DNA of 64,000 nt from Rhodothermales bacterium (GTDB taxonomy: Bacteria > Bacteroidota > Rhodothermia > Rhodothermales > VXPQ01). The stretch covers positions 3,748 through 67,747 of the forward strand of contig JAJDWX010000037.1 of the NCBI GenBank assembly GCA_022825385.1. The letters are read 5' to 3'. The notes beneath the pieces are model-generated. The model saw only the letters and a program-made list of their open reading frames with translations. It had not been told where the DNA came from and searched no databases. The position numbers and the translations under genes were made by a program. Below, piece by piece: positions 8,900 through 17,380 of the stretch; positions within the stretch are counted from its first letter, which is position 1, and every line of letters begins with the position of its first letter.

Positions 8900-10522
8900 T
8901 CATTCCAGGCCGAGGCGTTCCCGCAGCGCAAACGGAACTTCGCGCAGCAAATCGGTGGCGCGCAGCGCGCGTCCGGATTGCTTCGCCGAGTAGCGATCCG
9001 CGGCGGCGCCTCCAAGGTGCAGGGCCGCGACGGCAGCGCGTTCTGCCGTCAATCCCTGCGCCAGCAAGCCGCCGCACAGTCCGGCCAGCACGTCGCCCGT
9101 GCCCGCCGTCGCCAGCGCCGGACCGCCTGTAGCGTTGATCCATGTTTTGCCGGTTTTGCCCTTGCCTCCGGGCGCCGCCGCAAGCGCAGGGTATCCCTTT
9201 AGGATCAGGACGCAATCGAAAGCGTCGGCGACGTATCGGGCGGAGGCCATGCGGTCCTCGGAGGATATCCCCGCCTTGTCGAGCGCGTCCCCGAACAATC
9301 GCCGGAATTCGCCTTCGTGGGGCGTCAGAATCCAGCGTCCGCGCGCACGGCTTTGCAGGAGCTCCGTCCGTCCGACGAGGGCATGGAGCGCATCCGCGTC
9401 CACCACGACCGGGACTTCCGCCGTTTCCAGCAGCCGGAGCGCAAAGGCCCGGGTGCCCGCCGCGCGCCCCAGGCCGCATCCCGTCACCAGGGCGCGGCAT
9501 TTGGCCAGGCTTTCCGAAAGCGCTTCAAGGGCGCCCTCGGTCGCTATGCCGTCGGACGCCGCCGGAAGCGGTATCGTAACGACGTCCGGGAGCTGTATTT
9601 CCAGCGAATCCCGAATACGATGGTCGCATCCGCACGCCACGTAGCCGGCCCCGATCCGCGCCGCCCCCTCCGCGGCCATCGCCGCCGCGCCGGTCATTTT
9701 TTCCGACCCCGCTACGATCAGCGCCAGCCCTGCGGAGTACTTGTGCGACGCGGCGTGGCGGACGGGCATCCATGCGCGTACGAGCGGATCGGAAGGGCGG
9801 AGTCCGGATCCGGCGGGATCGGCGGCGGCGGCGTCCCGGAGCGCCGCATACGGGACGCCAATATCTATGACGGCGCATTGTCCTGCGTACGCCGGTCCCT
9901 CGCGCAGGCAGAGTCCGGTTTTGCGCGCGGCCATGGCGCAGGTCAGGTCGGCCTGGAACGCAGCCCCCAGCGGCTTGCCGAGGTCGGCATGAAGGCCGGT
10001 GGGAATGTCTATGGCCATTTTGAAGCCGGGCGCGGCGTTGAGGCGTTCGACGAGCGCGCGAACCGGCTCGCGCAGGGGGGACGCCAGCCCCGTGCCCAGC
10101 AAGGCGTCCACATGCACGGCGGCATGGGACCAGGCGACGCCGGGTTCGTACGGCGCCATGCGGAGTCGGCCGTCGGAATCCGTTTCCGCCAGTTTGCACA
10201 GGGTGGCGAAGTGCGCGGCGACATCCCCGGACAGCGGTTCTTCGCTGCGATGCAAATGGAGGACTTCCACGTTGGCGCCCGCTTCGTAGAGGTATCTCGC
10301 CAGCGCGAATCCGTCGCCTCCGTTGTGTCCCTTGCCGCAGTATACGCGCCATACGCCGCCCGCGCGTTCGGGGCGGACGTCCTGCAAAAGGCGCAGGGCG
10401 GCGCCCTTGCCCGCCGATTCCATGAGGGTATGGGCCGGTATGCCGAAATCGCGAATGGCGCGTTCGTCGGCGCGGCGCATGGCCGCGGCGCTCAGGACCG
10501 GTTCGGGGCGTACGGGGAGCAT
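8900..10522 (-). CDS. nnr: bifunctional NAD(P)H-hydrate epimerase / ADP-dependent dehydratase
   Basis: YjeF N-terminal motif GKGHNGGDG plus a C-terminal carbohydrate-kinase-like domain (GTGDVLAG). Confidence 0.9.
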   Translation of the reverse strand: MLPVRPEPVLSAAAMRRADERAIRDFGIPAHTLMESAGKGAALRLLQDVRPERAGGVWRVYCGKGHNGGDGFALARYLYEAGANVEVLHLHRSEEPLSGDVAAHFATLCKLAETDSDGRLRMAPYEPGVAWSHAAVHVDALLGTGLASPLREPVRALVERLNAAPGFKMAIDIPTGLHADLGKPLGAAFQADLTCAMAARKTGLCLREGPAYAGQCAVIDIGVPYAALRDAAAADPAGSGLRPSDPLVRAWMPVRHAASHKYSAGLALIVAGSEKMTGAAAMAAEGAARIGAGYVACGCDHRIRDSLEIQLPDVVTIPLPAASDGIATEGALEALSESLAKCRALVTGCGLGRAAGTRAFALRLLETAEVPVVVDADALHALVGRTELLQSRARGRWILTPHEGEFRRLFGDALDKAGISSEDRMASARYVADAFDCVLILKGYPALAAAPGGKGKTGKTWINATGGPALATAGTGDVLAGLCGGLLAQGLTAERAAVAALHLGGAAADRYSAKQSGRALRATDLLREVPFALRERLGLE

Positions 10523-10523
10523 G

Positions 10524-11795
10524 TCAGGGCGTGGAGGGGACCGCGGGTATGCGAAGCGTATCCGGCAAGGTGGTTTCCCAGCGGGCGCGGACGCGCGCCG
10601 GCGCGGGCAGGAAGTAGATCGGTTCCGGCGCGCGGTACGGGATCAGCAGGCCCGGATCCCGGCGGCTGTTTTCGTTCCGGTCTATCCAGGCCCGCAGCCG
10701 GTAGGTTCCGGCGGGAAGCCGGGGGATCAGGAAGGCGCCGTCCTCGTCGGCAAGCGTACGGTACGGGGGCTCGGCGGATGCCATGTCGAGCGTGTCTGGC
10801 CAGGTTTCGACGACCGTCGGGTAGGGCTCGCCGGATACGACGACGCCCCGGATTTCCCCGGTTTCTTCAAGGGGAGTGGGTTCGGGGGCTTCTTCTTCTT
10901 CTTCTTCTTCTTCTTCTTCTTCTTCTTCTTCTTCTTCTTCTTCTTCTTCTTCTGCTGCTGCTGCTGCTGCCTGCTCCGCTTCGGGCGCGCGGACGGAATC
11001 GGACGGCGCGGCGTCGGGCCGGGCCAGCGTCCAGGGAATCTTAAAGGGCGTCCGGGCGGTGTCCGCAAGGAGCGCGGGGACGGGCGGCGGAGCGAAGGGT
11101 TCTCCCGGATCGGGGCGGGCATTGTAGTTCATGTCGGCGACCGCCGCCACGAACCAGCGCCGCTCTGTCATGTATTCGAATCGGAAGGCCCCGTCGGGGT
11201 CGGTCTGGGTTCGGTACGCCGGACGGGCGGGAAGCGAGTCGGGCGGGGCGTCGCCTCGGGTTGCGTACGCCAGCACGTCGACGCCGGACGCAGGCGCGCC
11301 GTCGCGGCTTTGAATGACCCGTCCGGCCAGGACGCCGGCGTTCAGCGCGGGTCCCGTCGAAAAAGCAAGGAGGATCGGGGCCGCCAGCGCCACGCCGCGC
11401 AGATCCCGCAATGCGGTGTCGATGGTGAAAACATAGGTGGCGCCCTCGCGCAGCGGATTGGTCAGGCGAATGTCTACGCGGGCGCCTCGCCAGTCCAGTT
11501 CCGGGGGCGTTTCCGGTTCCGGAACGATAGACAAGGCTTGCTGAAAGGAGCGTTCGTTGACGTGTTCGGAAAAGACGATGCGGAGGGACGCTTCGGATAT
11601 GTTTACGGCGCCGTTTTCGGGGATGGTCTCGACAATTTGCGGCGGCGTATCGTCCGTGGGGCCTCCCGTAGGCGGAAGAGGGGTTGCGCAGGCCGCCCAC
11701 AGCGTAGCGCACCATAGCGCGGCGGCGAGCCGCCCGGCCAGGTTCCTGCCCTGCCCGACGAACAGCCCCCGCCCTGCCTCGACCGGCGCGCTCAT
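10524..11795 (-). CDS. Ig-like (SbsA/Big_5-type) domain lipoprotein with poly-Glu tract
   Basis: Start set at MSAPVEAG, where an ATGA overlap joins it to the upstream gene. Signal/lipobox-like AACATP, DDTPPQIVETIPENGAVNI (Big_5-like), and an A6-E21 tract. Confidence 0.6.
   Translation of the reverse strand: MSAPVEAGRGLFVGQGRNLAGRLAAALWCATLWAACATPLPPTGGPTDDTPPQIVETIPENGAVNISEASLRIVFSEHVNERSFQQALSIVPEPETPPELDWRGARVDIRLTNPLREGATYVFTIDTALRDLRGVALAAPILLAFSTGPALNAGVLAGRVIQSRDGAPASGVDVLAYATRGDAPPDSLPARPAYRTQTDPDGAFRFEYMTERRWFVAAVADMNYNARPDPGEPFAPPPVPALLADTARTPFKIPWTLARPDAAPSDSVRAPEAEQAAAAAAEEEEEEEEEEEEEEEEEEEEEAPEPTPLEETGEIRGVVVSGEPYPTVVETWPDTLDMASAEPPYRTLADEDGAFLIPRLPAGTYRLRAWIDRNENSRRDPGLLIPYRAPEPIYFLPAPARVRARWETTLPDTLRIPAVPSTP
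10890..10970 (-). repeat. (GAA)21(GCA)6 trinucleotide microsatellite inside a CDS
   Basis: The + strand reads a perfect (TTC)21 at 10890-10952, then (TGC)6 at 10953-10970. It is in frame as E21 and A6. Confidence 0.95.
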
Positions 11796-12430
11796 GAGGA
11801 ATCCTCCTCGGACGAACGGAGCGAGAAGAAGAGCCACGCCGTGATCGCCATGGCGGCGGTCAGGACCGCGGGTTCCAGCAGGCGGCGAACCTTGCTCCTG
11901 CGGGGCGGCGTTCCCTGCGTTTCGGGCCAGGCTTCGCTTTCCAGGGCGGCGCGTTGCGCGCGCGCAACGACGTCTGATCGCATCAGGGCGCACCGCTCGT
12001 CGGCCAGTACGCGTCCGTCCGCGTCCGAAATGTCGTAGCGCAGCGCGAGGCGGGCTTCGCGGGCAAGTTGTTTCCGCCGTCGCTTTTCGTAGCGTATGCC
12101 TGCTTCCTCGACGGCATAGGCGATCCGAACGCCGCTTTTCGCCGAATCCGGAAGAAATATCGTATAGCCGTCGGCTTGCCATGCGTTTACGAGCGCGGCG
12201 CGAAGGTAGGGCATTTCTTCGGGCGCGCGCAAAATCAGGTTGCGTTCTTCCGTATCGGGCAGCGTTCCAAGGCAATCGATAGCCATTTCCTCGAAAAGCG
12301 CCCGATTCGCGGGCTGCGCCATGCCGGGTCGGGCGGAGGCGCATGCGCCCCATGCGACGAGCAGGGCCAGCAGGGGCGCTGCGGCGTTGCGTCGCGTTGC
12401 GGGGCGTGGTTTCGGGAGCGGATCGGGCAT
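11792..12430 (-). CDS. hypothetical secreted/membrane protein
   Basis: Start set at MPDPLPK. Has a signal-like LLALLVAWGACASA and a C-terminal TM helix. Its stop overlaps the next start (ATGA), giving the operon order hypothetical, Ig-like, nnr. Confidence 0.45.
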   Translation of the reverse strand: MPDPLPKPRPATRRNAAAPLLALLVAWGACASARPGMAQPANRALFEEMAIDCLGTLPDTEERNLILRAPEEMPYLRAALVNAWQADGYTIFLPDSAKSGVRIAYAVEEAGIRYEKRRRKQLAREARLALRYDISDADGRVLADERCALMRSDVVARAQRAALESEAWPETQGTPPRRSKVRRLLEPAVLTAAMAITAWLFFSLRSSEEDSS

Positions 12431-12655
12431 CGTACTGCGTAGCGGTTCATGCGGCCGGGTACGCTGGAAAATACGCAACGAAGCATCGAAACGTTCGGTT
12501 CGCCTTGCGTTTTGGCGATTTCCCAAGCGGTTTGTTTCGGCGGAGCGGAAATTACGCTGTTTTTTGCGCGGGGCGACGTACATTCTGTCGTCCGGACGAA
12601 TTCCGGCAATCTGTTCTCTACGCCGCAACAAACCCGAACAGGATCGTTTTGCGCT

Positions 12656-13858
12656 ATGTCCTCTCCCCATTCCGCCGCCGATTTCGCCTCGCTTCGCGCC
12701 CGCTACCGCAATCGGTACGAAAACGAATTGTTCGAAAAGGTGATTCCGTTCTGGGAGCGCCACGCCCCGGACTCCGCGCACGGCGGCCATTTCAATAACC
12801 TGGACCGGGACGGGGCCGTCTACGATACGACCAAGCATATGTGGATGCAGGGGCGCCTGGTATGGATGTTCAGCAAATTATACCGCGCCGTCGAGGCCCG
12901 TCCTTCCTGGCTTGCGATAGCGCGCAACGGGATGGATTTCCTGCGTAAACATGCCGCCCGACCGGACGGGAGGGTGTATTTTTCGACGACGGCGGACGGA
13001 CGCCCCGCGTATCTCCAGCGCAAGATATTCACGGAGTGCTTTTATCTTATGGCGCTTGCGGAATACGCCCGGGCCGCCGAGGAGCCGGAACTCCTTCGCG
13101 AGGCGTACGAAGGGCTTGGGCGCATGTGGGAATGGGCCTGGGACTGGACGAAGGTAGGGCGCCCGGCGTACGAGGGACAGGCTCCGTCGCAGGCGCTGGC
13201 CGTTCCTATGTTGTTGCTGAACCTGATTGAGGAGGTGGCGGGAGAAGATTTCGGGACATACCGCGCCGAGGCGGACGATTGCATCCGCCGGACGGCCTTG
13301 CACGTGCATGCCGATACGCGGTGCGTGTACGAGGCCGTGGCCCCCGACGGCAGCCGCCTGGAGGGCCCGGAAGGCCGTTTGCTTACGCCGGGCCACGCGA
13401 TCGAGGCGGGATGGTTTTTACAGCACTGGGCGCAACGCCTCGAACATGCGGACGCGCAGCGACAGGCCCTGGACATGGTGCGGTGGTCTTTCGAAAAGGG
13501 CTGGGATCAGAAGTGCGAGGGGCTGTTCTACTTTGTGGATGCGGAAGGATACGCTCCCGTTCCGCTGGAATGGTCCATGAAGTTGTGGTGGCCGCATTGC
13601 GAGGCGCTCTACGCCCATCTGCTGGATTATTTTCTGACCGGAGACGCCGCCGACCTTGCTGCGTTCGAATCCGTGCATCGCTACGCGTTCACGCGGTTCT
13701 CCGACCCCGAATACGGGGAATGGTTCGGCTACCTCGACCGGCAGGGCGTCGTAACGCATCGCTTCAAGGGCGGGCCGTACAAGGGGTGTTTCCATGTCCC
13801 GCGCGCGCTGTGGTTGTGCTTGCGCCTTTTGGACGAAAAACCCGCGTGGCTCGCCTGA
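12656..13858 (+). CDS. N-acylglucosamine 2-epimerase (AGE) family protein
   Basis: Start at MSSPHS. The sequence looks like an (alpha/alpha)6-barrel AGE (FWERHAPDSAHGGHFNNLDRDG, PGHAIEAGWF). Confidence 0.8.
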   Translation: MSSPHSAADFASLRARYRNRYENELFEKVIPFWERHAPDSAHGGHFNNLDRDGAVYDTTKHMWMQGRLVWMFSKLYRAVEARPSWLAIARNGMDFLRKHAARPDGRVYFSTTADGRPAYLQRKIFTECFYLMALAEYARAAEEPELLREAYEGLGRMWEWAWDWTKVGRPAYEGQAPSQALAVPMLLLNLIEEVAGEDFGTYRAEADDCIRRTALHVHADTRCVYEAVAPDGSRLEGPEGRLLTPGHAIEAGWFLQHWAQRLEHADAQRQALDMVRWSFEKGWDQKCEGLFYFVDAEGYAPVPLEWSMKLWWPHCEALYAHLLDYFLTGDAADLAAFESVHRYAFTRFSDPEYGEWFGYLDRQGVVTHRFKGGPYKGCFHVPRALWLCLRLLDEKPAWLA

Positions 13859-13974
13859 GATGCCCGCTTGCGCCTGGCGTTATCCGCTAATTTTAATCAG
13901 CGCTTGCCTTTCCTTGCGAAAGAACGTATCGTGAAGGCGCTTGCCCTTTCGCAGGGATTTTCCCCGATTTTTTC

Positions 13975-15582
13975 ATGAATGTTCTTTTTACCTGGCTCGA
14001 CTGGCTCTGGGTGGCGGCGTTTCTGTTGCTGATGATCGGCAGCGGCGTACTGTTTTATCGCCTCGGCAGACGCTCTCAGTCCGATTTCTTTTTGGCGGGG
14101 CGCGGGTTGCCCTGGTGGTTGCCGGCTTCTTCGGTGTACGCCACCCATACGGCCACCGATACGCCCATGTGGATCACGGGCATTATTTATCGTCACGGCC
14201 TGGCGGGCATCTGGTATACCTTCTTCTCGGCCTGGGCGGCCATCAGCGCCTTTGTTTCGACGCGCATTTTCCGCCGTTCGCTGGCGTACACGCAGGCCGA
14301 ATGGAATGTCGTACGGTTTACGGGCCTTGGCGCAGAAATGTTACGCGGCTGGATGGCCGGGTGGCAGGTGTTCATGAACATGTTCGTGCTGGGCTGGGTG
14401 GGCATTGCGATGGGGAAGGTGTGCGCGTTCCTTTTCGGTTGGCCGCTGTGGGTGGGCCTTGTGTCTTTTTCGTCCGTGTGCGCCGTCTATGTGCTGGCGG
14501 CGGGCTACTGGGGCGTCGTCATGGCCGATTTCCAGCAGGGCGTGATTGCCTTTCTGGTTATCATGATCGTGTCGATCTGGGGGATCATGACGGCGGGCGG
14601 GCCGACGGGCATTGTCGAAAAACTTACGATTCTGGGCGAGACGGATCGCCTGAATCCGTTTGCGTTCACAGGCTGGTGGACCGGAGAATTTCCCGCCGCC
14701 TGGTTCGTTACGATGATGGTGATCGCCATCCTCGGCGGGTTCGGCATGGGGACAAGTATCGACTGGTACCCCGAGGCGCAGCGCATCCAGTCCGCCCGCA
14801 CCGTGCGCGACGCCAGTTACAGCATCTGGTGGGGCACGCTCGTCGGGCTTGTGCGCAACTCGGTCTGGGCCGTGGCCATCCTGGGTTTTTTCGTGCTGTT
14901 TCCGGGCATGACGGAAACGGCCGAGTACGAGATGGGCTGGTTCCGGCTGGGCTTCGATTACCTGCCCGTGGGGATGGTGGGGTTCTTTTTCGCCGCCATT
15001 CTCGCCATCCACCTCTCGACCATTTCGTCCCATCTGAATCTGGGGGCGTTGTACGCGACCCGCGACTTGTATCAGCACTACTGGAACCCCGAGGCTTCCG
15101 AGCGGACCCTTGTTTGGGTGGGCCGCTGGTCTACGCTGATTCTGTTGCTCGGTTCGTTCGTATACGGGTTGATGATGGAGAACATTACGGAGTGGCTTAT
15201 TTTCGCGCTCTGGATCATGACGGCGGGCATCTGGTTGCCGAATATTCTTCAGGTAATATGGTGGCGATTCAATGCATGGGGGTATTTGTCGGCCTGGATC
15301 GCCAACCTTGGCTTCAGTTGGCTGGTGGTGTGGATATTGCCCGAGTTCGGCGTGATCCCGGAATTGCTTGATTACCAGCAGTTCTGGCTGCTTATGCTGC
15401 TGGGCGTCGGCGTTTTCATTCCCGTAACGCTCTTGACGAAGCCGGAGCCTATGGACCATCTCGTCAAGTACTATGTGCAGGCGCGCCCCCTCGGATGGTG
15501 GGGGCCGGTTCGCCGCGAGGCCGAGCGGCGCGGATTGATCCAGCCCGATGCCCCGCCGCGACGCGCCCTTTCGCAATCCTGA
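13975..15582 (+). CDS. sodium:solute symporter family transporter
   Basis: 535 aa with multiple TM helices; N-terminus of SSS type (SDFFLAGRGLPWW). Confidence 0.85.
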   Translation: MNVLFTWLDWLWVAAFLLLMIGSGVLFYRLGRRSQSDFFLAGRGLPWWLPASSVYATHTATDTPMWITGIIYRHGLAGIWYTFFSAWAAISAFVSTRIFRRSLAYTQAEWNVVRFTGLGAEMLRGWMAGWQVFMNMFVLGWVGIAMGKVCAFLFGWPLWVGLVSFSSVCAVYVLAAGYWGVVMADFQQGVIAFLVIMIVSIWGIMTAGGPTGIVEKLTILGETDRLNPFAFTGWWTGEFPAAWFVTMMVIAILGGFGMGTSIDWYPEAQRIQSARTVRDASYSIWWGTLVGLVRNSVWAVAILGFFVLFPGMTETAEYEMGWFRLGFDYLPVGMVGFFFAAILAIHLSTISSHLNLGALYATRDLYQHYWNPEASERTLVWVGRWSTLILLLGSFVYGLMMENITEWLIFALWIMTAGIWLPNILQVIWWRFNAWGYLSAWIANLGFSWLVVWILPEFGVIPELLDYQQFWLLMLLGVGVFIPVTLLTKPEPMDHLVKYYVQARPLGWWGPVRREAERRGLIQPDAPPRRALSQS

Positions 15583-15603
15583 TCACCGATCTCCTGTTGC
15601 ATC

Positions 15604-15912
15604 ATGCCTCTCGTTCGACGCACGTGGACGGCCGAAGAAGCCGACAAATGGACCCGGGAAGACGGGTTCGCCATCGCGCTCTCGCCGATTTGTTATTTTG
15701 GCCTGACGCTGGGGGTGGCGTTGTGTTTGCTTTTGCGATGGGAGGGGTTTGCGATCAGCGCCGTCAGCATTGCGCTCATCGTATGGATGCACTGGATCAT
15801 TGATCCGAAAATGAAAGCCATTTCGGAGGAATACGAGAAGAATCAGCAGGGGTACCTGCGCGATCTGGAAGATTCCGTTCGCTGGAAACAACGCGAACAG
15901 GATGCGCCATGA
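15604..15912 (+). CDS. hypothetical small membrane protein
   Basis: 102 aa with two predicted TM helices. Its stop overlaps the next ATG (ATGA). Confidence 0.5.
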   Translation: MPLVRRTWTAEEADKWTREDGFAIALSPICYFGLTLGVALCLLLRWEGFAISAVSIALIVWMHWIIDPKMKAISEEYEKNQQGYLRDLEDSVRWKQREQDAP

Positions 15913-16025
15913 CGGAAAGCCTGACCACGGTTATCGGAATGACCATTGCCTACGCGGCCTCGCTCCTCGGGCTCGTGCTGGCGTGGCGTTCGTATCGCAA
16001 GCATCACAAGAAACGAAAGCCATGA
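15909..16025 (+). CDS. 38-aa single-TM peptide (below the ORF-track cutoff)
   Basis: Hand translation: MTESLTTVIGMTIAYAASLLGLVLAWRSYRKHHKKRKP. ATGA overlaps at both ends. Confidence 0.4.
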   Translation: MTESLTTVIGMTIAYAASLLGLVLAWRSYRKHHKKRKP

Positions 16026-16162
16026 CTTTGTCTCTGCTCATGCAAGCCGCCGCGCCGCAGATCACCTGGGTGGGCGTTGCGATTCCCGGCGCTATTTTTC
16101 TCGTGGCTTTCGGCCTTACGTGGCTGCTCTACAGGCATTTTACGAAGCAGCTGGAAGATTGA
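16022..16162 (+). CDS. 46-aa single-TM peptide
   Basis: MTLSLLMQAAAPQITWVGVAIPGAIFLVAFGLTWLLYRHFTKQLED. Its ATG overlaps the preceding stop. Confidence 0.4.
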   Translation: MTLSLLMQAAAPQITWVGVAIPGAIFLVAFGLTWLLYRHFTKQLED

Positions 16163-16227
16163 TGGCCGGCGCGGGTTCGCAAGCGCGACAGCCCCGGCCC
16201 TGACCTGTCAGGTGTCTGCGCTGTCCC

Positions 16228-17187
16228 TTAAAACCGGTATGTCAGCCCCAGGGTCGCGGCCAGCGATGCGAAGCTGTCGAATGTTAATTCTCCCGTAAAA
16301 GGCGTGACGCCATCCGCGCGCACGGGCGCGTGGCTGCGGATGACGGACCAGGTCACGTCTTCTGTGAGGGTTCCGAAACGGGTCCATTGGACTGTGAGCC
16401 CGATCATAGCGCGCTCCCCGACGGCGTAATCCACGCCGCCCAGCGCCTGAAAGCCGACGAGCGTTCCGCTGACCTCGGCGTCCAGCATGCTGAGCGTCCC
16501 GGCGGCCCGGATCGGCCTGTCGGCGAGCGTGGTCGGCGGCTCCACGTCCTGGTATCCTTCGGCAAGCGTTTTGCGCAGCAGGCGCCTGTTGTAGTGCAGG
16601 TTCGCGCGCGCGAGGCCGACGCCTGCGCCTATGGAAGGCGTCCAGGGGGAATTGTTCGCGAAGTCGTAGTGAACGTTCGCAAAGACCTGGTGGGTGCGAT
16701 AGCCGGAGATGGTTTCGATTGGCGGCTGCACGGCGCTCCATTCGCTGGCCTTGCTGACCACCGCCTGATTGGCGGTTGATTCAGCGAAGGGCGACGTATC
16801 GTTCCCGTAGTCCTGTATCCGGTATGCGAGTTCGAATCGCAGCGCGGGGAGGGCGTATCCCAAGCGCATCCCGCCAGCGAATCCGTTGCCCGGCGAAAAT
16901 CCGTTGGAAGAGAGCGCCTGGAGCTCGGTTACCATGCATTCCGGCGCGTCGCTCGGGGCCATGGCCGGATCGTCATAGATCAGGCGGTCGCATTTCGTGG
17001 GCGTAGTTACTGCGGAGACGGAGGTTTCCAGCTGCGCGGAGTTGGCGACGCCCGTGTCGATTCCGATATAGAAGCCGCGATTGTCCTGGGCGCTGGCCGC
17101 CCCTGCCCAGAAAAGGCAGACAACGCACGCTATGGGCGCCAGCGTACAGAGAATCTGGCGTGTTTTTCTTATAGATGAGATGTGCAT
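16228..17187 (-). CDS. outer-membrane beta-barrel protein (porin-like)
   Basis: Signal peptide ending AASAQ, alternating beta-strand pattern, and a C-terminal LTYRF (terminal Phe). Confidence 0.65.
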   Translation of the reverse strand: MHISSIRKTRQILCTLAPIACVVCLFWAGAASAQDNRGFYIGIDTGVANSAQLETSVSAVTTPTKCDRLIYDDPAMAPSDAPECMVTELQALSSNGFSPGNGFAGGMRLGYALPALRFELAYRIQDYGNDTSPFAESTANQAVVSKASEWSAVQPPIETISGYRTHQVFANVHYDFANNSPWTPSIGAGVGLARANLHYNRRLLRKTLAEGYQDVEPPTTLADRPIRAAGTLSMLDAEVSGTLVGFQALGGVDYAVGERAMIGLTVQWTRFGTLTEDVTWSVIRSHAPVRADGVTPFTGELTFDSFASLAATLGLTYRF

Positions 17188-17326
17188 GGAGCGTCAATGG
17201 CGATGTTATAAGGCGCTTGTAATGCGAGAGGATTATACGTCAAAACGGGACAAAAAGCCAGGCGCGCGGTTTTTGCGCTTGACCGGCCTTTGTTTCTGTG
17301 CGTATCATTACTGTGCAGGGCGCGCT

Positions 17327-17360
17327 GATCAAAACCGCTTCGCTCGGCGCGTCGCGTTCC
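17327..17360. repeat. fragment matching the left end of the 254-bp structured repeat
   Basis: CTGATCAAAACCGCTTCGCTCGGCGCGTCGCGTTCC matches the left arm of the elements at 25676 and 26047. It lies 21 nt upstream of the sulfatase ATG. Confidence 0.55.
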
Positions 17361-17380
17361 CTCGAATATACACGGTAGCC

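Noticed and set aside
10727-11127. Poly-Lys, poly-Ser and poly-Phe ORFs across the trinucleotide repeat.
   Set aside because: They are alternative-frame readings of the (GAA)n tract. Only the Glu frame is continuous with the Ig-like lipoprotein gene.
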